Origin: Ktedonobacterales bacterium
Lineage (GTDB): Bacteria > Chloroflexota > Ktedonobacteria > Ktedonobacterales > JADMIN01
Direction of reading: 5' to 3'
Length of the DNA: 32,000 bases
NCBI GenBank assembly: GCA_030167145.1
Contig: CP126532.1
Span: 2,640,001 to 2,672,000, forward strand
Shown: piece after piece, positions 16,301 through 23,117 of the stretch
Layout of the letters: each line of letters opens with the position of its first letter
How positions within the stretch are numbered: position 1 is the first letter of the stretch
Program-made: the position numbers and the translations under genes
The notes under the pieces: model-generated
Seen by the model: only the letters and a program-made list of their open reading frames with translations
What the model was told of the DNA's origin: nothing
Database searches by the model: none

Positions 16301-16614
16301 TTGTTCTTGGCATGCTTGTTCTTGGCATGCGGTTGCGCCGCGTGGACGCCGTCCGCATGTGCGCCGTTGGGGTGTGGCTGCGCCTCCTGGGCGGGCAAGC
16401 GCGCGATAGCGAAGCGCGCGATGGTGAAGGGCGCGATGGTGAAGGGCGCGAGACGCGAGACGACAAACGCATTCTTCAAGCCTCCCGCCGCTGGGTGGCG
16501 CGCCGACGCGGTGGGCGCTGAAGAAATAAGTGATGAAGCAGCGGGCGGCGACCTCTGTGACGATGCCGCTTCTTCGCGCTCCGGTGGGTCAGCAACGGTA
16601 TTTTGATGCGTCAT
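13336..16614 (-). CDS. Processive GT2 glycan synthase (BcsA/PgaC-like, QxxRW) fused to a repeat-rich N-terminus and a C-terminal extracytoplasmic glycoside-hydrolase-like domain
   Basis: GT2 motifs VFIFIPTVNE, LCNDG, AKAGNIEHA, AIFDADQ, VTEDFAASIALH, LKQQRRWAIGT, flanked by multiple TM helices. The C-terminal ~300 aa (…RWAREIAVYGKPIYLTILLHVDRNW…NVAWVWSP…KPIFLEVSASG) reads like a GH26/GH5-type barrel. Start uncertain: 16614 (MTHQNT) or 16653. Confidence 0.85.
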   Translation of the reverse strand: MTHQNTVADPPEREEAASSQRSPPAASSLISSAPTASARHPAAGGLKNAFVVSRLAPFTIAPFTIARFAIARLPAQEAQPHPNGAHADGVHAAQPHAKNKHAKNKHAKGKHSNGAHVDGAPEASATNARDFVVTAPCTAMPESGADFEVVTEAEAEREQHEQHERHERSGLPQRREQAMTLISAALIVVALACIVLLLPGGWVMLATLALGVSIALRGGADSRKLLTILLAATVGVTTIDYLTWRLEVSNWAAWWIAVPLLAAEAFGAVHTLGLQYTVWPWSRPRIVPSEDPARRPVFIFIPTVNEGAGVLAPTLKAALEARRRYLRAYPQGQVAIVLCNDGRVANAPCWREVESLAERMGVQCVTRTAGGGAKAGNIEHARQQVGATGDALVAIFDADQLARPDFLLKTVPPFADPTIGWVQTGQYYTNLEQPVAHWANDQQALFYRILCPGKAALNAAFICGTNVVLRATALDEIGGLPQDSVTEDFAASIALHPIWRSVFLTDVLATGLGPMDLPAYLKQQRRWAIGTLGVLRTHWRAIWLPRRGGLHVGQRLQYALACTHYLCGVRDLIYLVAPLAFLFTGIPAVRGATLALFLWHFVPYWIAAQGAFWYASRRETGIRGIIIGFGSFPVLIQALWTVITGGRTGFMVTSKQRRTTSAWSHLVVYLVAVVACFAGIVVAFVVPHAHRDSVIVSVLWVIYDIGLLGSVLWLGVRDLRYGEARQRQSVWARMQAWAAAHRVAIHVARAPQRVATQGVYSAWGWAATRARGALLSGLLVLCTGAFITSRLVDAQPPARFVPAAYHGAPYLGLSVRVEWLKTRPTQLAQQLCLPFTIIGRTQDLTDSFDIAWANQLAAHQQRPWVTLQFGEFGADGEPPLSAGLPAIANGVDDTALQRWAREIAVYGKPIYLTILLHVDRNWALSSAVANGGIPQDVPRAWEHVQAVFAAAGATNVAWVWSPADPAHDQQYAPPDTTIDVVLQSMIRYPNTPWPDPSAVLSAVEARHPGKPIFLEVSASGDPQDKAAWLEQTESAAKADAHVYALLYHEGAPDVHATQADDLQWSLESDPLSRQAVADWRALLPPGKASTCG
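16112..16460. repeat. Cluster of short in-frame tandem repeats in the 5' part of the synthase gene (9-bp x3-4, 6-bp, 15-bp x2.7, 15-bp x4)
   Basis: ccgctcatg/ccgctcatg/ctgctcatg (EQHEQHERHE). cttggcatgcttgtt x2.7 at 16291-16330 (HAKNKHAKNKHAKGKH). gcgcgatggtgaagg-type units at 16401-16460 (FTIAPFTIARFAIARL). Confidence 0.85.
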
Positions 16615-16759
16615 GCGGATGCTAAGCCCCTGCCTACGCCAGAACGTAGGCAATCTGCGCGCGTCTTGCGCGCGTGTTCGTCTCTATGCTTCTGTGAGTG
16701 TGTACGTGCATCTTTGCGCCCCACACTGTATAGGCCCTGCGCCTCCGCACCCAAGTTCG

Positions 16760-16789
16760 TGGGTATCACCACGAACCTACTTCGGTATC
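16760..16789 (-). promoter_or_regulatory. Bipartite GATACC element, copy A (minus-sense GATACCGAAGTA-N9-TGATACCCA)
   Basis: Plus-strand tgggtatcaccacgaacctacttcggtatc. It matches the box halves and N9 spacing of 22941-22970 exactly. On the gene strand it is followed by TTGGGT-N16-TATACA (16754-16727). It lies 146-175 nt upstream of the synthase ATG at 16614. Confidence 0.6.
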
Positions 16790-16875
16790 GCTCCGCTAGA
16801 GCGCGAGCGCAGCGCATCGCCTTCCCGCGCGCCATCCCATGCCCCGCTGCCTCGCTTGCGCCACGCGATCCGCGA

Positions 16876-18690
16876 TCAGCCACCCTGGCCGCTGCCGCCG
16901 TGTGGTGTGGCAGTGGTGGGCTGCGCGGCTGGGGTCGCGGATGCTGGGCGGCTGATTTGCTCGGCAATCGTCGGCTGCGTCAGATCGTTCGCGCCGATGT
17001 GTTGCACTTGATAGATCGCGACCCAGAACAGCTTATTCTGGAATTTCTTGATGAGTGTCGCATGATCGAGGGCATTCAGAATCAGCGTCATATTGAAGTT
17101 TTTGGCATCGGTGAGCAGATCGCTATCCGCCATGATGTAATCCACGTTGTTCCAGTCGTTGTGGAAGATGCCAGTGCCCACCGCCGGGTCCGTCGCCACC
17201 ACCCAGTACATTTCCACATGCGCGAACGGCGCGCCGTTGCCCGCGCCAATGCCGCCGGGCGTGCGCATATCCACATAGTTGTAGTGGTTGGCGATAATCA
17301 TCGCCGAGCGCGGCACATGCGCGCTCATCCACTCCATCGCCTGAATCTGCGGGCCAGTCTCATTCGCCGTCAGATTCTTCGTGTTCATGCGCGCTTCATA
17401 GGGCGCGAGCACCGTCAGGATGCCCACCACCACGAGCAGCAGCGCCGCCTGCAACACACGTGCGCGCGGAACCGACGCCAGCCGCCGCGCCCACGGCGGC
17501 GCGCTCAACCACTGGCCAGCGCGCTGCGGCATTCGGGTGTGTTCTGGCAGCCAGATGATGATAAACCTGAGCGCATAGTAGAGGAAGATGGCCACGTTTA
17601 GGGCCAGGAATGGCAGCAACGGGATGATATAGTAGGCGAAGGTGACGCCGCCACGCGCCAGGAACAGCAGATAGATCAGCGGCAAGAGCGGCACGATACG
17701 TATCCGTGGCTGCCAGCGACTCACCAGCAGATTGCCAGCGATAGCCACCATTCCGCCGAGCAGCAGCAATCCATCGTCTTTGCGCCAAGCGTCCCATTGC
17801 TCCAGAAATGAGCCGCCGTTGCTGCCACGTCCCGCCTGTTGCAGGTAGGTGGTAATCATGCTCACATGCGGATTCGTTCCACCCAGCAACGTTCCCGTCG
17901 GAAAGAGTTCGTTTTTCAGCAACGCCAGCAACACATAGGATGAGACCAGCGCCAGGGCGAGATAGCAGAACAGCACTACCGCATAGCGGCGCTGAAACTT
18001 GGAGGACACGAGCCAAACGCCGTAGATGAACACCGGCAACAGAATCACCGCTGTCTCTTTCGAGAGAAACGCCAGCCCGAACGCGAGCGCGCTGCCCAGG
18101 ATGTAGCGCATGCGGCTCTCGCTTGCCACCAGCAGGTACAGCGCCAGCATGACCCAGAAGGTCGCGATATTATCGAGCAATACCTCGCGCTGGTAGTTGA
18201 TGCTCAACGGCGAGAGCGAGAAGAGCGCCATCGCCAGCAGCGCAATCCAAATATTGCCCGTGAGTTTGCGCGCGGTGAGGTACACGAAGAGCGACGCGAG
18301 GGCGTCGAGAAATAGAATGAAGACACGCCCGCTGTTGATAGCCGTGCCAAACGTAAAGAAACCACCGGTGAGCTGGCACCAGACGCCGATCATCGCCCAG
18401 CCCAGCGGCGGATGACCATAGCTGTAGGTGTAGGGGAAGACATTGCCGTGCATCACCGACCACGCCGCCGCCACATACACGCCCTCATCGCCCTGATAGC
18501 GTGGGAAGTTGAAGAGATTCCACGCGTGCGCCACCACACCCACGCCCAGCAGCGCGCCCACCAGCAGCGCCTCGAAGATCCAGGCGCGGGCGAGCGCAGC
18601 GCGGCGGGCGCGCATCAGCAGCGCGTGTGCGCCCATGCGCGGTGGATGTGTGGCAGTTGGGGGCAGCGCGAGAGCATCACGGGCGTTCAT
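16876..18690 (-). CDS. GT-C fold membrane glycosyltransferase #2 (GT39/PMT_2-like)
   Basis: Start taken at ATG 18690 (MNARDAL...) with GAGGGAAG RBS and an ATGA overlap with the stop of the upstream GT2. First-loop motif FPRYQGDEGVYVAAAW. More than 10 TM helices plus a C-terminal soluble domain. Confidence 0.85.
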   Translation of the reverse strand: MNARDALALPPTATHPPRMGAHALLMRARRAALARAWIFEALLVGALLGVGVVAHAWNLFNFPRYQGDEGVYVAAAWSVMHGNVFPYTYSYGHPPLGWAMIGVWCQLTGGFFTFGTAINSGRVFILFLDALASLFVYLTARKLTGNIWIALLAMALFSLSPLSINYQREVLLDNIATFWVMLALYLLVASESRMRYILGSALAFGLAFLSKETAVILLPVFIYGVWLVSSKFQRRYAVVLFCYLALALVSSYVLLALLKNELFPTGTLLGGTNPHVSMITTYLQQAGRGSNGGSFLEQWDAWRKDDGLLLLGGMVAIAGNLLVSRWQPRIRIVPLLPLIYLLFLARGGVTFAYYIIPLLPFLALNVAIFLYYALRFIIIWLPEHTRMPQRAGQWLSAPPWARRLASVPRARVLQAALLLVVVGILTVLAPYEARMNTKNLTANETGPQIQAMEWMSAHVPRSAMIIANHYNYVDMRTPGGIGAGNGAPFAHVEMYWVVATDPAVGTGIFHNDWNNVDYIMADSDLLTDAKNFNMTLILNALDHATLIKKFQNKLFWVAIYQVQHIGANDLTQPTIAEQISRPASATPAAQPTTATPHGGSGQGG

Positions 18691-19967
18691 GCGACTTCCC
18701 TCACCTTTCTGTGCGCGCCCACATGCGCGGTTTTCTCCCAGTTCGTCTGCTTCCGCGCCTGGCGCAGAATCGCCCGCACGGCGGAGACCGCGAGCAACCA
18801 TTGATAAGGGAAGAAGCCCAGCACGCTCAGCACGAACACACGCGGCGAGTAGCCACGATGCTGGGCGCGGATGAATTCGGCGAGCGCCACCACATTGAGG
18901 ACCAACTGCGCGCCAAAGACGTAGAGTGGTAGGAAGGTGAACAAGGCGAGCCACACCGGCAATTTCACGAACACCATCATCGCCAGCGAGACAGGTAACA
19001 TCAGCGCGAAGATCCCCTGGATGAATGGAATTGCCAGCAGATACGCCGCCAGCAGCCGCTGCGACAGCGTGGGCAGGCGCAGCCAATCGCCTTTCAGCAA
19101 CACCTGCAAGAATCCCTGATGCCAGCGCGTGCGTTGCTTGACCAGCGCCCGCACGTTATCAGGCGTCTCTTCGCGCGTGACGTGGTCATCGTCGCAGAGG
19201 ATGCGGATGCGCGCGCCAGCGGCGCTCAGCCGGATGCCAATTTCAGCGTCTTCGGTCAGGCACTGTTCGTCCCAGCCGCCAGCGGCTAGCAAGGTCGCGC
19301 GTTTGACGAAAACCGTATTGCCGCCGAGGGGCACAATGCCCGACCAGCCAAAATAGTGCAGGGTGGACTTGAACCAGAAATAGTATTCGAGCACATTGAG
19401 CGCGCTGAACCAGTAGGTGTCGTAGTTCATCAGCCGCACGCCCCCCTGCACCACCTCCACATCCTCCTGGGCCAGTGTCGTGTTGATGATCTGAAAGATG
19501 TCTTCATGCGGCTCGTCTTCGGCGTCAAAGATCGTCACCACATCCATCGCCGCCGCCTGCAATCCCTTGTTCAACCCATGCGGCTTGTTGATCGGCGTAT
19601 CGCTGAAGACGATCAACCGCACATGCTCCTTGCCTGGCTCTGCCAGCTTCGCATGCACCGTGTTGATCGTGCCGATGTCGCCCGCCTCGCAGATCACCAG
19701 CACCTGCAGCAGGTCGCGCGGATAGTTCGCCCGGCAGATTTTCTCGATGGTTGCCCCGATCACGGCTTCCTCGTGGCGGGCGGGCAACAGCACCGTGAAC
19801 GAAATCTTCGGCTCGGCAAACGCCACCGGCGGCTGATTGAACAGCGCGCGGCGTGGCTCCCCCCAGATGAAGAGCTGCATCCGCAGGTTGAACAGGCTCT
19901 GGAGCGCCATCAGGCAGATGATGAGCAGATAGATCGCCAGGGCGATGCTCGATAGGCTCGTGAGCAC
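18687..19967 (-). CDS. Processive GT2 synthase (NodC/IcaA/PgaC/HAS-size, QxxRW)
   Basis: 426 aa, GTG start. N-terminal TM helix, FTVLLPARHEE, VICEAGD, VTIFDAEDEP, CLTEDAEIGIRLS, VKQRTRWHQGFLQV, C-terminal TM helices. Confidence 0.9.
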   Translation of the reverse strand: MLTSLSSIALAIYLLIICLMALQSLFNLRMQLFIWGEPRRALFNQPPVAFAEPKISFTVLLPARHEEAVIGATIEKICRANYPRDLLQVLVICEAGDIGTINTVHAKLAEPGKEHVRLIVFSDTPINKPHGLNKGLQAAAMDVVTIFDAEDEPHEDIFQIINTTLAQEDVEVVQGGVRLMNYDTYWFSALNVLEYYFWFKSTLHYFGWSGIVPLGGNTVFVKRATLLAAGGWDEQCLTEDAEIGIRLSAAGARIRILCDDDHVTREETPDNVRALVKQRTRWHQGFLQVLLKGDWLRLPTLSQRLLAAYLLAIPFIQGIFALMLPVSLAMMVFVKLPVWLALFTFLPLYVFGAQLVLNVVALAEFIRAQHRGYSPRVFVLSVLGFFPYQWLLAVSAVRAILRQARKQTNWEKTAHVGAHRKVREVA

Positions 19968-20128
19968 GGTATCCTCATCTCAATAGGTGGCTTCATGGCT
20001 TATGGGTCGCGAATATGGGTGGCTAGTGACCAGATAGGAGTGACAGAGCGTGTATTGAAGGCATTGCAGTGTGTCTGTAGGCGTGCCTAGAAATACAAGG
20101 TTGCCGGGTCAATGCCGAAGGCGCTGCT

Positions 20129-21199
20129 TCAGCCGCTGCGCACATTCACCGAATCTATGAAGATTGGACCGGTATAGGGCAATGCGCCTTGCGCGCTGAC
20201 GAACATGATGCCTAGCTCGCGTATCGGTGTGGGCAGGGTAGGCGGAAGATGAAAGACAATCGCCGTCCACTGGCCGGGGGTTAAGGCAGGAAAGGGGCTA
20301 TTGTGCCAGAGCCAAGCGCCGTCGAGCGTATAGAGCGCCGCGACCACCTCCTGTGCGCCGGTTGGAATGTAGATATGAGCGGTGATTGTGCTGCCAGGTT
20401 TGACCTCCGCCGGATTGGCAATGTAGACAAAGGCCTGGCGTGCCTGGGTGATCTGCGTGGCCTGCACCTCCAGCGCGCCCTGGCCCGCGAAGACGCGCAG
20501 ATTGTTACTGACGGCATTCGCCGCCGCGCCACGAGCCATCCAGCCGTCGGCGTCCTGCTCAAAGTTATAGGTGGCCGTGTCGCGTGCGGCGGTCTGCCCT
20601 GGTGGGCGCAGTCCTGATATCGGAATCGTCACCGCACCGACGAACAGCGCGAAATTCAGCAGGCTGACCAGCAACGCCGCAAGGCTGAACGCCAGCACCA
20701 GCGCATAGCGCCAGCCAAAGGCGTGGCGCACAATTCGCATGCTGCCACCAACACCGGCATCAGCATTGGGTATGCTCACGGGCGGTTTCGCCTCAGCGTC
20801 CTCTGCTGCCAGCGTGCCAGCGCCAGAAGGCTCAGCCAAGGCAGCAGCACCGGGCGGCTCAGCCAGGGCATCGTCGCCATTGCCGCCATCGCTGGCGGAT
20901 GTCGTCTCGTCCGTGGTCTCGCCCGTGGTCTCGTCTTCCGGCTCTCCTGGCTCTTCCTCATCCTCATCTATCTCCACGGACGGCAGCAGCACCGCCGAGT
21001 GCGGTGGTTCAGGAAACCGGTCGAACACTGGCGCGGCGCGCTCTGGCGTCGCGGGCGTAGGGGCATCGTCATCCGGGGCATCAGTGGCGGCCTCCGTGGC
21101 GGCCTCTGTTGGAGAGTTCGTCGTGGTCTCCGCTGGCTGCCCCTTCCGCAGGGCGATGAAGGGAAAGTTCTTATGGTGCGTGTTGTGTGTGCTGGTCAT
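20129..21199 (-). CDS. Single-pass membrane protein: acidic low-complexity N-terminus + extracytoplasmic beta-sandwich/CBM-like domain
   Basis: GGAAGGAG RBS. D/E/T/P-rich first ~150 aa, then TM helix YALVLAFSLAALLVSLLNFALFVGAV. The C-terminal ~150 aa starts YNFEQDADGWMARG..., a CBM4/9- or CBM11-like opening. Confidence 0.65.
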   Translation of the reverse strand: MTSTHNTHHKNFPFIALRKGQPAETTTNSPTEAATEAATDAPDDDAPTPATPERAAPVFDRFPEPPHSAVLLPSVEIDEDEEEPGEPEDETTGETTDETTSASDGGNGDDALAEPPGAAALAEPSGAGTLAAEDAEAKPPVSIPNADAGVGGSMRIVRHAFGWRYALVLAFSLAALLVSLLNFALFVGAVTIPISGLRPPGQTAARDTATYNFEQDADGWMARGAAANAVSNNLRVFAGQGALEVQATQITQARQAFVYIANPAEVKPGSTITAHIYIPTGAQEVVAALYTLDGAWLWHNSPFPALTPGQWTAIVFHLPPTLPTPIRELGIMFVSAQGALPYTGPIFIDSVNVRSG

Positions 21200-21246
21200 A
21201 GCAGGTGACTCCTTCCGCGATCAGCGAGGGAGCGATACGGTCGCCT

Positions 21247-22848
21247 TCACTGTGGCAGAGGAAATGTTCGGATGATGCCAGATTGGCCAGACGCCAGAAT
21301 CTGCGCCGTTGGCGCAAAGAGGAAGTAGCGTCCCGCGCTGTTGCGATGCAGTTCCACGCACACGACACCATACGGCGGCACCGTGACGCTTGCCGCATGC
21401 CAGGCGCTAAACGGCCCGGACGGCGTGATGCTGACCGCCGCGTCAGCGGCGGTGCTATTCACGAAGAACAACGTCGCGATGCTACGGTCGGCGTTGGTGG
21501 CGGCATACAGGCTCACTGGGCCGGAGGTGCCGCCCACCGGGATGACCTCCGGCTGCATGTGCTGGTACATCTGCACCACATGCAAGAGCGGCGTCTCATC
21601 GCCCGCGCCCGTCAACATCCCGTAGGGTTGATCTATGCCGCGCAGCGCGAAGAAATCCACGTATTCCGTCTGTTCTTCGAGCAACGTGCCCAGGGTATCC
21701 GCCCACCACAGCGCCGTCGCCATCGGGCTGGTGGTGGTGCCGCCCAGCGGACTGGTGTTGACCTCGGTGATCGCGAGGGGCAGCGCCGTCCCCATGATGC
21801 GCTGGATCTCCTGGCGCAGCGGCGGCAGCGAGTAACGCCATTCGCTCGCCGACGCGAAAAGCAGGCCCGTCGAGCTGATCGCCTGATTGAACGGATAGCG
21901 ATGGAACGAAACAGCGTCGAGCAGGTGGACATGATGCGCCTGTTGATAGGTGGCGATGCCGCTCAGAAATCCGGTCAGCCACGGTGCGCCCGTCGCGTCG
22001 GCGGGCAGCGTGAGACTGTCATACTGGCTGATCTCCGGGCCGAAAATCTGGATCGTTGGGTCAGCCGCTTTCATCGCCGTGGCAAAGGCGATGAAGTCAC
22101 GCACGTAGTCCGCCACGGTGTAGCTGGGTCCGATGAGATCCGGCTCGTTGCCAATCACCCAATACCGCACCGGCACATCGGGCACATTCGGCGTGTTCAG
22201 CCGGTTGGGGTCGCTGGGGATATTGCAGAAGCGCACCAGCGCCGCCGCTTGTGCGGGCGAGCCGTTTTTGAGCCGCACCTGCATCAGTGGCGTGGTGTGG
22301 GTCTGCTGCGCCAGACGCAAGTACGCGGCAACCTGCTCGAACGACGCGGTATGGTCCTCGCCCCAATTGCCACCGGGGAACCGCAGCATCGTGAAGCCTG
22401 CGCTGGTGATGCCCGTGACGGTTTTCGCATCATACGGCATGAAGCCATAGGCCCCGTCGAGCGCCTGCGACCCCTCGACCGGAAACACATTGACCCCGAA
22501 GACATAGGGGCTGCGCGGAAAAGCCGTCCGCAGGTCCACCGTGACCGGCTGCTGGTCCTCGATACGGACCGTCAGCGCGTCATCAGCGCCGATGCGCGCC
22601 GACAGCGCCCGCGTGCCCACGACGATTGCCACCACCGCCAGCGTCACCGCCACGAGCCGCCACGCATACCACCGCCACGACCGCCGTTGACGCCGATAGA
22701 CGCTGCTGCCGGTATAGCGTTTCTCGCGTTTCTCGCGACGGGGCGTATCTCTGGCGAGTGCTTCGGCCTGCGATGCTTCGGCCTGGGACGGCTCAGAAGC
22801 GCCTAAGGTATCAGGGGTATCGGGGGTATCGGAGGTATCAGTGCGCAT
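21247..22848 (-). CDS. Membrane-anchored clan GH-A glycoside hydrolase
   Basis: Start taken at ATG 22848 (MRTDTSDTPDTPDT...). TM anchor WRLVAVTLAVVAIVVG. MLRFPGGNWGEDH, YWVIGNEPDL (acid/base), LAITEVNTSP (nucleophile). Confidence 0.8.
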   Translation of the reverse strand: MRTDTSDTPDTPDTLGASEPSQAEASQAEALARDTPRREKREKRYTGSSVYRRQRRSWRWYAWRLVAVTLAVVAIVVGTRALSARIGADDALTVRIEDQQPVTVDLRTAFPRSPYVFGVNVFPVEGSQALDGAYGFMPYDAKTVTGITSAGFTMLRFPGGNWGEDHTASFEQVAAYLRLAQQTHTTPLMQVRLKNGSPAQAAALVRFCNIPSDPNRLNTPNVPDVPVRYWVIGNEPDLIGPSYTVADYVRDFIAFATAMKAADPTIQIFGPEISQYDSLTLPADATGAPWLTGFLSGIATYQQAHHVHLLDAVSFHRYPFNQAISSTGLLFASASEWRYSLPPLRQEIQRIMGTALPLAITEVNTSPLGGTTTSPMATALWWADTLGTLLEEQTEYVDFFALRGIDQPYGMLTGAGDETPLLHVVQMYQHMQPEVIPVGGTSGPVSLYAATNADRSIATLFFVNSTAADAAVSITPSGPFSAWHAASVTVPPYGVVCVELHRNSAGRYFLFAPTAQILASGQSGIIRTFPLPQ

Positions 22849-22940
22849 GGGTGTTCCATTCGTAGATGGCGGGCAGTGTCGGCGGCTTGCGTCCTTACTC
22901 ATGAATGGTATGCACTTCCGTTTCCAGCCCTCACACCCTC

Positions 22941-22970
22941 TGGGTATCATCCCGCATGTACTTCGGTATC
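22941..22970 (-). promoter_or_regulatory. Bipartite GATACC element, copy B (minus-sense GATACCGAAGTA-N9-TGATACCCA)
   Basis: Plus-strand tgggtatcatcccgcatgtacttcggtatc. It lies in the divergent intergenic region, 93-122 nt upstream of the GH ATG at 22848. Confidence 0.6.
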
Positions 22971-23117
22971 CGTCTCCAGGGAAGCTCGCGCAAAGGCTGA
23001 TTTCTTGGCCCCTCACGCTGTCGCGAATCTGCATAGCGCCCGCCTGCCATCGCCCCGTTCGCGCGTATCATTGTGACAGGCTCTTACGCACTGCGCTGGT
23101 TGGGGGTCCGCTACGCT

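Noticed and set aside
18691-19086. N-terminal 132-aa extension of the GT-C #2 ORF (track ORF 16876..19086)
   Set aside because: The extension overlaps the 3' end of GT2 #2 in another frame and is Ala/Arg/Gly-rich. The internal ATG at 18690 has an RBS and an ATGA overlap with the upstream stop, and the conserved GT-C sequence starts after it.
21205-22806. 533-aa (+) ORF antisense to the anchored GH
   Set aside because: The composition (Arg, His, Gln, Asp, Ala runs) is typical of off-frame translation of high-GC DNA. The opposite strand carries clear GH motifs (RFPGGN, GNEPD, ITEVN).
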